Below, in pieces: positions 20,335 through 30,128 of a stretch of 64,000 nt of DNA (within the stretch, counting starts at the first letter, position 1; every line of letters starts with the position of its first letter). A program made the position numbers and the translations under genes. Source of the DNA: Planctomycetota bacterium (lineage in GTDB: Bacteria; Planctomycetota; PLA2; JAEUHO01). A model generated the notes under the pieces. That model saw nothing but the letters and a program-made list of their open reading frames with translations. It made no database searches and was not told the origin of the DNA. The stretch spans positions 133,514 through 197,513 of the forward strand of contig JBFWRP010000006.1 of NCBI GenBank assembly GCA_050248855.1, in the 5' to 3' direction.

Positions 20335-21754
20335 CGTCGTCCACCGGGTCCGACGCCGCGGGTGCCGGCGCGGGCGGGCCGCGCAAGGCGCCCGGCATGG
20401 CAGCGCCCGCCGTGTCCGCCGCCTCGGCCTCCGCGCGTTCGTCGCCATGACGCTCGAGCCACGCCTCGGCCGCCTCGCGTGTCGCGGCCTGGGTCGACGT
20501 GCGCCAACGCTCGATGTCGGGCCGCAAGGCAACGCGAGCCGGACGCGCCAGTGTGTCGGCGCCCAAGATCGCCGCGAGAGCACGCTCGCCGTCCTCGCCC
20601 TGGAGGGCCGCCCGGAGCAACGGCTCGGCGGCGGCGCTGACCTCGGGGAACACACCCAGGGCCAGCAGGGCATCCGCATCGGGCGGGTCCGTGGCGCGAG
20701 CGATCTCCAACACGCGCTCGGCCCAGCCTTCCCTGTGGTCCGCGACCTCGACCGGCGTCCACCAGGCCTCACCGCGCTGGCGCGCGTGGTCGAGCAGGCT
20801 CGCCAGCGCGACGATGGCGCGCAGCTGCGCGCGCGGCGATCCGTGGACCAATACGGCGTCCAGAGCGGTCCGGATCGGCTCGTCCGTCTTGCGCCAAGAT
20901 GCGAGCAGGCCGGGCAGCCGCTCGGCGAGCAGGCTGTCGGGCGCTGCGTGGAGCAGCCCGGCCAGCGGGAGCGCCTGATCCTCGGAGTCCTGTCCGAGCG
21001 CTGCGAGGAGCCATGCGACGACGGGCTCCTCCGCTTCCACGCGCAGCCGGTCCACGAGCGCCGAGCGCAGCGCGGGCGTCGCCAAGCCCATGGTGATCCG
21101 GGTCCCCGCGAGCTTGGCGGCCTCGGCACGTACGTCCATCGAGGGGTCCGCCAGGAAGCGGACCACCGTCGCCTCGGCGAGCGCATCCTCGCGTTGCGCT
21201 CCCGTGAGCATCGCCCGCCGGCGCACCAACGGCCGCTCATCCCGGGCGATGCGATCGATCACGCGCTGCGCCGCCTCGGGAGACTGCGCACCGAGCAGCT
21301 CGGCCGCGCGCGACGCGGCCATCACGTTGGTGCCTCCGAGGATCGCGGCCACACGTTCGAGGGCTGCGTCATCGAGCGTGAGGCCCGCCAGCACGCGCTG
21401 CGCTTCGACGCGCGCGACCTCGTCACGGCCGTCGAGCACGTCCAGCAGGGCCGAAACCCCTTCGGTGCCGATCGCACCGAGTCCCTGCGCCGCGTAGAAC
21501 CGGCCGTCCAGCTTCTCGGGGGCCTGGACCTCGAAGGGCGTGCCGTCGGCGGGGGCCGGCTCGTCACGGAGCAGTCGGCGCCGCAGGGGAGCAATGCCCT
21601 CCTCACCGAGCGCGGCCAAGCCCATGGCCGCCTCGAGGCGCTCCTCGTGCGTGCCGCGATCAAGGCCTGCGACGAGGGCATCGACGTCCGGTCGCCCCTC
21701 GCCACAGGCGACCAGGAGAAGCAACGCGAGCGGGAGGATCACGATCGAGCGCAT
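20324..21754 (-). CDS. HEAT-repeat lipoprotein
   Basis: Lipobox LVAC; multiple HEAT-like repeats. Confidence 0.75.
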   Translation of the reverse strand: MRSIVILPLALLLLVACGEGRPDVDALVAGLDRGTHEERLEAAMGLAALGEEGIAPLRRRLLRDEPAPADGTPFEVQAPEKLDGRFYAAQGLGAIGTEGVSALLDVLDGRDEVARVEAQRVLAGLTLDDAALERVAAILGGTNVMAASRAAELLGAQSPEAAQRVIDRIARDERPLVRRRAMLTGAQREDALAEATVVRFLADPSMDVRAEAAKLAGTRITMGLATPALRSALVDRLRVEAEEPVVAWLLAALGQDSEDQALPLAGLLHAAPDSLLAERLPGLLASWRKTDEPIRTALDAVLVHGSPRAQLRAIVALASLLDHARQRGEAWWTPVEVADHREGWAERVLEIARATDPPDADALLALGVFPEVSAAAEPLLRAALQGEDGERALAAILGADTLARPARVALRPDIERWRTSTQAATREAAEAWLERHGDERAEAEAADTAGAAMPGALRGPPAPAPAASDPVDDDGR

Positions 21755-21823
21755 GGGGCCATCATCGTGCCCGGCCCGGGTACGGGGTCGAGCCAGGGCC
21801 CGGATGCACCGCGAGGAGGTTCC

Positions 21824-23083
21824 ATGGGCGAGGCGCCTGAGGTCGTCACCGGAGGCCCGCGGCCGTCCGGGCCGTTGGCGGGCATCCGCGTCGTGGAGCT
21901 GGGGCAGATCCTGGCCGGGCCCCTGGCCACGGCGATCCTCGGCTGGCTGGGGGCCGAAGTCATCAAGGTCGAGGATCCCCGGCACGGAGATCCGATGCGC
22001 ACGTGGCGCGTCCTCGACGACGGCACGTCGCTCTGGTGGCGCGGGGTGGCACGCGGCAAGCACCTCGTGGCCATCGACCTGCGGCAGCCCGAGGGCCAGG
22101 CCCTCGTGCGGCGCCTCGTGCTGCAGGCCGACGTGCTCGTGGAGAACTTCCGTCCGGGCACGCTCGAGAGCTGGGGCTTGGACCCGGAGGCCCTGCGACG
22201 CGAACGGCCGGGGTTGGTCGTGGCGCGCATCTCGGGTTACGGGCAGACCGGGCCCTACCGCGATCGGCGCGGGTTCGCGTCCGTGTGCGAGGCGTTCGGC
22301 GGTCTGCGGCACATCACGGGGGAACCCGGTCGCGTGCCCGTGCGCTCCAACGCCAGCCTCGGCGACAGCTTGGCCGCGTTCCAGACGGTGATCGGCGTGT
22401 TGGCGTCGCTGGTGCGCCGCGAGCGACAACCCGGGCATCGTGGCGATCTCGTGGACGTGGCCATCTACGAGGCGGTGCTCGGTGTGCTGGAGGGGGCGCT
22501 CACGGAGTGCGATCGCCTGGGGGTCGTGCGCGAGCCCTCCGGGACCACCATCACGGGCGTGGTGCCGACGGATGCGTACCCGACGGCCGACGGCCGTCGG
22601 ATCGTCGTGGGGGCCAACGCCGATCCGGTGTTCCGGCGCCTCATGCGCGTCGCGGGCCGTGACGATCTCGCCGACGACGCGCGGCTCCACGACAACGCGG
22701 GACGCGTGGCGCATCAACAGGAGGTGGACGCTGCCATCGCGGCGTGGACGTCCACGTTGCCGGCCGAGGACGTGATCGAGCGCTTGGTGCGAGCCGGCGT
22801 GCCGGCGAGCGCGATCCACACGGCCGCCGACGTGCTGGCGGACCCGCACGTCGAGGCGCGCGGCGTGATGGAGAGGGTGGACCTGGAGGGACAGCCCCTG
22901 CGGCTGCCGGTGCTGGGTCCGTTCCTGCGGGAGGCGCCCGGCCGCACCACGTGGCCCGGAGGCGAGCTGGGAGCCCATACGGACGAGGTACTGGTCACGC
23001 GCCTGGGCGTGGATCGCGAGACCTTGGACCACTTGCACGCTTGCGGCGTCGTCGCGGGTCCCCGAGCCGCCCGCATTAGGTGA
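21824..23083 (+). CDS. CaiB/BaiF family (class III) CoA-transferase
   Basis: GPLAGIRVVELG, GAEVIKVE, DVLVENFRPG and ISGYGQTGPY; RBS GGAGG. Confidence 0.92.
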   Translation: MGEAPEVVTGGPRPSGPLAGIRVVELGQILAGPLATAILGWLGAEVIKVEDPRHGDPMRTWRVLDDGTSLWWRGVARGKHLVAIDLRQPEGQALVRRLVLQADVLVENFRPGTLESWGLDPEALRRERPGLVVARISGYGQTGPYRDRRGFASVCEAFGGLRHITGEPGRVPVRSNASLGDSLAAFQTVIGVLASLVRRERQPGHRGDLVDVAIYEAVLGVLEGALTECDRLGVVREPSGTTITGVVPTDAYPTADGRRIVVGANADPVFRRLMRVAGRDDLADDARLHDNAGRVAHQQEVDAAIAAWTSTLPAEDVIERLVRAGVPASAIHTAADVLADPHVEARGVMERVDLEGQPLRLPVLGPFLREAPGRTTWPGGELGAHTDEVLVTRLGVDRETLDHLHACGVVAGPRAARIR

Positions 23084-23402
23084 TCCGCGCCCCCCTTGCG
23101 AGCTCCGTGGGCTCCGAGGCCGGCCATCGTGACGCTCCGACCACGTCTTCGTGACCGTCGGGGCGTTCGTCGCGAGGCAGGGGTCGTGTTGGCGCTCTCT
23201 TGCAGCAGCATGAAGACAGGACGCAGGCCCCGGACCCGTTGCACGCAAGCTGCGAACGAGCCCTGGTGCGTGCGTTACCAACATGCGCGAGGGTCCTCGG
23301 GCACCTGCCTTCCCCACATTGGGACGGCATGGCCTCCCTTCCGTGAACCATCCCAAGCACTCACGGGTGCCGAGGACGTCCGAGGCCCTCCTCTTTCTCC
23401 CC

Positions 23403-24135
23403 CTCCGCGCGCGTCTCGTGCGAACCCGGATGTGTCAGAACCCTTGCCGCGGAGCCCCGGAGGGGCGACGTGGGCAAGGTGTCTGCAATGGAAGGTGCCT
23501 GAACTCCGGGCTCGGACAGGACAGCCACGCTTCCATGGGAGGGGGTGCCGCGCGCATCGAGACGCGGTACGGAGGCGGGGATTTCTTCCGCAACTTGCCG
23601 CCCTGCGCTTCGGCATGCGGAAGTGCCCATCGGCAAGTTGCGGAAGAATTCCCCGCCTCCGTACGGGCTTTGCCGTCGGCATGAAGAACTGACACGGAGG
23701 GGTCGCGGTTCGCCTGCCGGCGAACGACGCACTTCGGTGTCTGGTCGCGCCACGCTCGCTCCCGCGCGGACTCGGCGCTTGGGCTACGCCCTCGCGGCAG
23801 GAGGGCTGTTCCGTACCCCTCCTGCACCTCTCACGGTGCTCCGAGGCACAGGTTCGGACACCTCCGCGCGTCTCGCGCGAACCCGGATGTGTCAGAACCC
23901 TTGCCGCGGAGCCCCGGAGGGGCGACGTGGGCAAGGTGTCTGACACGGAGGGGTCGCGGTTCGCCTGCCGGCGAACGACGCACTTCGGTGTCTGGTCGCG
24001 CCACGCTCGTTCCGCGCTCCCGCGCGGACTCGGCGCTCGGGCTACGCCCTCGCGGCAGGAGGGCTATTCCGTACCCCTCCTGCACCTCTCACGGTGCTCC
24101 GAGGCACAGGTTCAGACACCTCCGCGCGTCTCGCT
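23403..24135. repeat. Tandem copies (~258-bp unit) of the same structured repeat family, inverted relative to 1-555; first copy interrupted by an insert
   Basis: 23403-23485 plus 23692-23861 matches 23862-24119; core is the reverse complement of 251-470. Confidence 0.9.
23567..23664. repeat. Long inverted repeat (34-bp arms, 1 mismatch)
   Basis: 23567-23600 versus 23631-23664. Confidence 0.9.
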
Positions 24136-24416
24136 CCCCCAACTCCAGTCGGGGGTAGGCGCCGTGTCGACCGTGACGGGGACCGCTCTGCCTATCGCAG
24201 AGAATTGGTCGGGGTGGGGGGATTCGAACCCCCGCTGCGCGCTACGCGCTTGCGGGATCCCGCCGTGCCTGCTGGGGGGCTGACGCAGCCCCCCGCGCGG
24301 CGCTCTCGCGCCTTGCTCCCCCAACTCCAGTCGGGGGTTGGCCCCAACGGGTCCGACGCGGGGACCGCTCTGCCTATCGCAGAGAATTGGTCGGGGTGGG
24401 GGGATTCGAACCCCCG
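24133..24416. repeat. 182-bp-period duplication of the tRNA-Pro 3' end and its downstream flank
   Basis: 24133-24234 matches 24315-24416. Confidence 0.85.
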
Positions 24417-24462
24417 ACTGGTTGCACCCAAAACAACCCCTCTACCGCTGAGGTACACCCCG
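24388..24462 (-). tRNA. tRNA-Pro(TGG)
   Basis: CGGGGTG acceptor stem, anticodon TGG, TTCGAAT T-loop, CCA end. Confidence 0.92.
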
Positions 24463-24516
24463 GGATGGGAGAAGCGTACGCGCCGTGGGACGGCGTAGGA
24501 CGGTCCGTCACGAGGG

Positions 24517-26301
24517 CTATCCGCCGGTCGTGGGACCTCCGGAGCCGCTGCCTGGTCGAGGGCCTGCGGGCGGCGGGCTGGGCGGCTTCTTCGGGGGCGG
24601 CGGCGGAGCTGGATCGCCTTCCCCGGGCTTCGGCGGCTTCGTCGGCATGGGCGGCTCGCGTTCCAGGATCTCCACGATCTTCGTGAAGGTCGCCGTCCAG
24701 CCCTTCTCCAGCATCAGCGCCCACGGCGTGGAGGCGTAGTCCTGTCCCATGTCGCGCTGGGCCAAGATCAGCGCCGCCAAGAGGGCGTTGCGATCGGCGT
24801 TGCCCACGTCCGGCGGCGGGTCGGGCACGCGGAAGCCGCTGAACAGGACGCGCGGCGCGATGCGCACCCTGCGGTAGGTCACGTCCAGCTGCTCCACGGA
24901 CTCGAGCGCTGCCAGCACCTCGCCCCAATGGAAGCGCGCCTTGAGCAGCTGCACGCCCAGCAAGCGGAAGTCCGCCTCGACGCGCGCGTCAAGCGGGTCG
25001 ACCACGCCCTCGCGCGGCGTTACGGCACGACCCGCCGTCGTGTTCCACCACTTGAGGGCCTGTTCGAGGGCACTTACGCGCTCTTGCACCGCGCGCCGCG
25101 CCTTCTTCACGTCGTCCAGGTTCTCGAACCACCCGGCGTACGGGAGCTGTCCCGAGATGGAACGGGCGGGCCGCGACGAGAGTCCGCCCCGCCGCTCCAA
25201 CGTGCCGATCTCCTGGATCAGCGGAACGGCTTCGTTCGCGAGGTGTTCCCAGATGCGCACGATGGTGGTGGCGCGTGCGTCCTTCTTGAGCTGCTTGAGC
25301 ACCGTACTTCGCGGGCGGAGGTCCGGCGCCAGCAGGGCCAGTCGGCTCATGTCGTACATCGTCGTGCGCCGCGCGGCGATGCCTTGGGGAAGCACCTTGG
25401 CGGGGAAGTCGAAGACGAAGTACCGCCCGCCGGAGGTGAACGCGAGGGTGGCTAGGTGCCAGTAGCCAAAGCCCGAGGGCACGGGATAGGCAGGCGGGCT
25501 CACCCAGTTGAAGCTGGTCTGCGCGAGGCCCGCTTCCCATGCGTACGGCACGAGCGGGTAGGCAACCTCGCTGCCGTACCACAGCGAACCCGCCTCGATG
25601 CGTCGCGGGGAGGGGTCGAAGCGTTCCGTCAAGCCCAGGCTCGTGTCTTCGCGTGGCTGGAACGGCTGGCTCCACGCATGTTCGAAAGCGGCCTCGCCCG
25701 CGACGCAGTAGAACGCCGCCCCGCTGTCGAAGATCGCGTCGCGCGTCGCCTCGACGTCCTCCTCCGTCTCGCCGCCCTCCTGGGTCACGAGAAGGATCGC
25801 CCGCGGCCCGTCGCCGCCCTCGGCGCGGATGAGCCCGGCCGCCTCGCGAAGCGACGCCATCACGTTGCGCGCGCCCTCCACCGGCGTGAGCGCCAACCGG
25901 TCGAGCATGCCCTTCACATGCTTGTCGAAGCGCGTCGGCGCGAGATAGGCCTCCAAGCGGATGCCGAGCACGCCCACCCGAAGCGAGGAGGGGCCCTCGG
26001 CCCAGGCTTCGTCGAGCGCCCCCTTCAACGCCTCCAGCTCGTTGGCCATCGAGCGGGTCGTGTCCAGGACGAGGAGCAGCTTGGGCGGGTCCGTGGTCCC
26101 GGCTCGCTCGGCCCGCGCACCCAGGTCCTTGGCGACGTAGACGAGGCAGTCGGCCAAGCGCCCCTTGCGCTCGTAGGTCTCGGCCGCCGTCCGGGCCTCG
26201 TTCGCAGCCCTCGCCACGGGCAGCGGGCCCGTGGCCACCAGCAGCAGGGCCGGCAGCACGGCCCGACCGGACCAGCGGAGGAGAGGCGAACGCGCACGCA
26301 C
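24517..26301 (-). CDS. Exported VWA-domain protein with Pro-rich C-terminus
   Basis: Signal peptide; MIDAS-like LVLDTTRSM; start uncertain. Confidence 0.75.
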   Translation of the reverse strand: MRARSPLLRWSGRAVLPALLLVATGPLPVARAANEARTAAETYERKGRLADCLVYVAKDLGARAERAGTTDPPKLLLVLDTTRSMANELEALKGALDEAWAEGPSSLRVGVLGIRLEAYLAPTRFDKHVKGMLDRLALTPVEGARNVMASLREAAGLIRAEGGDGPRAILLVTQEGGETEEDVEATRDAIFDSGAAFYCVAGEAAFEHAWSQPFQPREDTSLGLTERFDPSPRRIEAGSLWYGSEVAYPLVPYAWEAGLAQTSFNWVSPPAYPVPSGFGYWHLATLAFTSGGRYFVFDFPAKVLPQGIAARRTTMYDMSRLALLAPDLRPRSTVLKQLKKDARATTIVRIWEHLANEAVPLIQEIGTLERRGGLSSRPARSISGQLPYAGWFENLDDVKKARRAVQERVSALEQALKWWNTTAGRAVTPREGVVDPLDARVEADFRLLGVQLLKARFHWGEVLAALESVEQLDVTYRRVRIAPRVLFSGFRVPDPPPDVGNADRNALLAALILAQRDMGQDYASTPWALMLEKGWTATFTKIVEILEREPPMPTKPPKPGEGDPAPPPPPKKPPSPPPAGPRPGSGSGGPTTGG

Positions 26302-26355
26302 GACGCGAGGATACGAGGGGAGCCGCCGTTCGTCCGGGGCTGGCGTCCAACCGGT

Positions 26356-27423
26356 ATGATCCCGCCCATGCGCAGCCGGTACCGCAGCTCCTGGCGCGCC
26401 GCCGCGCTGGGACTCGCGGTGGCCCTCCTGCCCTTGCGCGGGGCCGCTGGCGGTGAGCCTCCGGTCGTGGCCCCGGCGCCGCCGGCCCATCCCGAGGCCG
26501 GGTCCCGGGCCACCGATCCCCTGCTGCTCGGCGTGTTCCCGCTGGCGGGCAGCCCCGTCATCGACGCGGACACGATCCGCCTCTCCGACGGCCGTAGCGT
26601 GCGCGTGCGCGGCATCGACGCCGAAGAGACCTTCAAGAACGCCCGCCACCGGGAGGCCGCGACGCGCGACTTCGTGGCCTACGCCAGGGAGATGCGGGCC
26701 GCTGCGCGAAGGCCCGTCAAGTTCGGCACGCCGATGGGCGAGGCCGCCGCCGACGCGCTGCGGCGCCTGTTCACCGGTGTCACGTCCGTGCGCCTCGAGC
26801 GCGACGCCGTCAGCGACCGGGACGAGGACGCCTTCGGCCGGCTCCTGGCCCACGTGATCGTGGAGCGCGCCGAAGGGCCGTTGCTCGTCGCCGAAGCGCT
26901 CATCCGTGGCGGATGGGCCCCGTACTTCGTCAAGTACGGCCGTAGCCAGCGCTTCGACCAGCGCTTCCGCGCGGCCCAGGACGCCGCACGGGCTGGCGGT
27001 CTGGGCATCTGGGGCCGCGAGGGGCCCGCGCACTACGTCGACTACCCCGAGCGCATGGCGTGGTGGGAGGAGCGTGCGCGGCAGATGGACCGTTGGCGCG
27101 CCCTGGGTGCCCGCCCGGACCACGTGACGCTGGGCACGACTGACGCGGACGAACGCCTGGCCGGCCTCGTAGGCCACGAGGCAACCGTGTTCGGCAGCTT
27201 GGAGCGCATCCTCCCCGACGAGGACAGCCCGCGGCAGATCGCCTTCCTTGCCCACCGCCTCCGCCGCGGCTTCCCCGTGGTGGTGTTCGACCCCGAAGTC
27301 TGGTCTGCCATCGACCTCGACGCGCTTGCGTCGCGTTTCGTGACGGTCCGCGGGACGGTCACGCTGTACCGCGACCGTCCCCAGATCGTCGTTACCGACC
27401 CCGCGCAGATCGCGTTCCCCTGA
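26356..27423 (+). CDS. Thermonuclease (SNase-like) family protein with C-terminal OB-like domain
   Basis: VIDADTIRL, VRVRGIDAEE, DAFGRLLAHV and AR..GLGIW. Confidence 0.85.
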   Translation: MIPPMRSRYRSSWRAAALGLAVALLPLRGAAGGEPPVVAPAPPAHPEAGSRATDPLLLGVFPLAGSPVIDADTIRLSDGRSVRVRGIDAEETFKNARHREAATRDFVAYAREMRAAARRPVKFGTPMGEAAADALRRLFTGVTSVRLERDAVSDRDEDAFGRLLAHVIVERAEGPLLVAEALIRGGWAPYFVKYGRSQRFDQRFRAAQDAARAGGLGIWGREGPAHYVDYPERMAWWEERARQMDRWRALGARPDHVTLGTTDADERLAGLVGHEATVFGSLERILPDEDSPRQIAFLAHRLRRGFPVVVFDPEVWSAIDLDALASRFVTVRGTVTLYRDRPQIVVTDPAQIAFP

Positions 27424-27447
27424 TCCTGCCGTCCGGAGGCCCTTGCG

Positions 27448-28545
27448 ATGCCCCTGCTTTCCCCTCGCCTTCCCACCGTCCTCCGACGGGGATCCGTCTT
27501 GCTCCTCCTCGCGACGGCGATGACGGTTGGCGCCTGCGGCGACCGACCCGCGTCCTCGTCCGGCATGCCGCCCTTGCGCGAGATGGACGAAGTGGCCTTC
27601 GGCGTGTCCATGCTGCGCCTGGACGCCGAGGACAAGCGCGGCGCGCTCGGCAACGAGAAGCTCCTTCGCGAGGCCTACGAGGAGCTACGCGCCGGCAAGC
27701 CCTTCGCCGAAGTCGCTGCGACCTACAGCGACGACCGCACCAAGGGCGACGGTGGCTTCATGGGCTTCGTCAACGTGCGCGGCGGCGAGACCGCCTTCGC
27801 GGGTGCCGTGCAGGCGACGCCGCCCGGCCGCTTCAGCCTGCCGTTCGCGACCAAGCTCGGGCCCACGATCATCTACCGTCACCCCTTCGACGAGGCGCTC
27901 GAGCTGGAGCGCCGCCACGCCGTGCCCGTGCTCGGCTTCCCGCTCCCGTACGGCGCCCAGGGCCATCGCGACCAGCGCATGGCCAGCTCCGCCGCCCAGG
28001 AGGCCGTGGCGAAGATCAAGGCCGGAGAGCTGACGCTCGGCGAGGCCCGCCAGCGCTACGCCGGCGACGACAACCGGCGCCCCGGGGACGAGTTCCTCGG
28101 CGCCTTTCGCAAGCACACCTCCTCGCCGACGTTCTGGGACACGATCCGCCAGCTGAAGCCCGGCGAGCTCGCGCCCGCCTTCGGCGACGACCGCGCGTGG
28201 TACGTCGTGCAGCGCGCCGAGCCCCTGATGGCGTTGGTGCGGCACATCTTCATCGGCCACGCCAAGTACAGCGAGACGCTCGCCCGCACCCCGCAGGATG
28301 CACACAAGCTCGCCGAAGAGGTGTTGGCGCGGGTGCTGGAGGACCGATCCGTCTGGGACCGCGAAGTCACGGCCCACAGCGACGACGCCCCCAGTCGTCC
28401 CAACCGCGGCACGCTTCCCTTGCTCTCGCCGGGCACCTCCGACCCCGAGTTCGAGGCCGCCGTCCGCGCCGCGGAGCCCGGCACGATCGTGCCCCATGTC
28501 GTCGACACGCCCTACGGCAGCCACGTCATCTGGCGCGTGCGCTGA
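27448..28545 (+). CDS. Parvulin-type peptidyl-prolyl isomerase lipoprotein
   Basis: FAEVAATYSDD..GGFMG, VRHIFI, DPEFEAA and TPYGSHVI. Confidence 0.85.
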   Translation: MPLLSPRLPTVLRRGSVLLLLATAMTVGACGDRPASSSGMPPLREMDEVAFGVSMLRLDAEDKRGALGNEKLLREAYEELRAGKPFAEVAATYSDDRTKGDGGFMGFVNVRGGETAFAGAVQATPPGRFSLPFATKLGPTIIYRHPFDEALELERRHAVPVLGFPLPYGAQGHRDQRMASSAAQEAVAKIKAGELTLGEARQRYAGDDNRRPGDEFLGAFRKHTSSPTFWDTIRQLKPGELAPAFGDDRAWYVVQRAEPLMALVRHIFIGHAKYSETLARTPQDAHKLAEEVLARVLEDRSVWDREVTAHSDDAPSRPNRGTLPLLSPGTSDPEFEAAVRAAEPGTIVPHVVDTPYGSHVIWRVR

Positions 28546-28590
28546 CACCCACGTTCCACGGGGTGCCGGTAGAGTGCGAGCCGTCCACGG

Positions 28591-28667
<77 letters not shown>

Positions 28668-28946
28668 GTCGGCCATCGACTGGCGCACCTTGCCCTCGTG
28701 CTCGTCGAGCACCTGGCGCCGCGCGCGGCGGCCGGCGGCGCGGGCGTCGCAGTGGGGCTCGGGAACGTGGTGGCAGGGCCCGTTCACGCTCCCCGGCGGG
28801 CGCCCGGGCAGCGCGTCGCCGCTGCCGGGGCTCCAGGGGCCCGTCGCCGACGCGCGGCGCCGGGTCGGCTGCGTCCCCCAAAACGAGAAGCGCTGCCCGT
28901 GGATCCACGGGCAGCGCAAGGTGAGTCCGTCAGACGGACGCGTGGA

Positions 28947-29180
28947 TCAACCGCAGCTCTTGCCACCGGCGCCGCAGCTGCCACCACCGCAGGAAGCGGC
29001 GGGCATCGGGGCGGGCGCGGCGGGGGCGGCGGGGGCGGCCATGGACGCGCCGCAGGGATCGCAGCCGCAGGGATCGCAGCCGCAGGGATCGCCGCAGGGA
29101 TCACAGCAGCTGTTGCAGCCGGCGAACGTGAGGCTGAGGGCAACGAAGCCCAGGATGAAGAACACGCGGAACTTGCTCAT
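28947..29180 (-). CDS. Small Cys-rich lipoprotein (77 aa)
   Basis: Lipobox FAGC; CDPCG repeats; C-terminal CGGGSCG; RBS AGGAG. Confidence 0.8.
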   Translation of the reverse strand: MSKFRVFFILGFVALSLTFAGCNSCCDPCGDPCGCDPCGCDPCGASMAAPAAPAAPAPMPAASCGGGSCGAGGKSCG

Positions 29181-29557
29181 CGGATGAGACTCCTGACTTT
29201 GGTTCTGGTTGCCTTGCGGACGTGTCGACACCGTCCGGTGCCCTCCCCCACGGAGAGCTTGGAGGCCTCCCTGCAAGGCCGAGGCCCTGCCAGGACGGGC
29301 CTGATGCTAGGTCGGGCGACAGGCGCATCCAAGCGCCTCGTGCGTGGCAATCCCGGTTCGTCCTGGTTGAAGGGGGGGCCTCGGGTCCCGGGACGGGCCC
29401 GGGGCCCCGGCACCCGGTGCCGCGCCCGCAATGTCGCCAAAACGGGAAGACCCCGGACGGCGCATGCCATCCGGGGCCCGTGGGGTTGACCCGCTTCCAG
29501 CCGACCGGGCGTCAAGCCAGGGCGACCTTGGAGGAAGCGGACTCGTAGGCTGGCGTG

Positions 29558-29791
29558 CTAGGCGCCGCCGCAGGCACCGCCGCCGCAAGCCATGGCCGGA
29601 GCCGGAGCCGCGGCCGCGCCAGCGGCGTCGTAGCCCATGCCCTGCGAGGGCTGGGGGCAGCAGGGGCTGGCGTAGACGGGCTCGCAACCGCAGTCGCACT
29701 CGCAGTTGCAGCCGCAGCCGCCGAACATCGAGCAGCCCGTCAGGGCCAGCGCCAGGCAGCAGATCGCCGCCACGAGAAGCATGTTACGCAT
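29558..29791 (-). CDS. Small Cys-rich lipoprotein (77 aa)
   Basis: Lipobox LTGC; CGCNCECDCGC; C-terminal CGGGACG; RBS GGAGG. Confidence 0.8.
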   Translation of the reverse strand: MRNMLLVAAICCLALALTGCSMFGGCGCNCECDCGCEPVYASPCCPQPSQGMGYDAAGAAAAPAPAMACGGGACGGA

Positions 29792-30128
29792 TCGAATCCT
29801 CCTCCCGGGTGCCCGCACCCTGAAGGGCCGGGATTGCCGGAACCGTGCGTGTCCTTGGGGACGTGATCGGCCAATGGGCCACGGACCTTGCGGCCCGCGG
29901 GTACCACGCCCCAAGGGGGGCAGGCCTTCCTCCCAGGCCGGACAGCATAGCCGCCCTTGGCGTTGGCAAGCATTTCCCTGCCTTCGCCAGGGGGTGCGGC
30001 AGCGAGCCAGGGTGCAGCTTGTGGGGATCAAGCGTCATGGAATGGTCATGGAGTCGCCTGGGGCGGGCCGGGAGGTGCCTGGCAGCCCCGTGGTACAGGA
30101 CGTCCGGCCCACGGCTCCGGAGGTGGCG

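Noticed and set aside
20009..21823. Long N-terminal extension of the CoA-transferase ORF (1024 aa)
   Set aside because: It is antisense to the HEAT genes; the real start with an RBS is at 21824.
24206..24234. Second tRNA-Pro gene
   Set aside because: Only the T-arm and 3' acceptor strand are present.
23403..24416. Possible CRISPR array
   Set aside because: Units are 180-300 bp with no short repeat and unique spacer pattern, and there are no cas genes.
28670..28940. Island or att scar after tRNA-Arg
   Set aside because: No tRNA 3' duplicate or integrase seen.
29960..29985. Sigma54 promoter upstream of the Cys-rich genes or purD
   Set aside because: The GG-N10-GC spacing is not satisfied.
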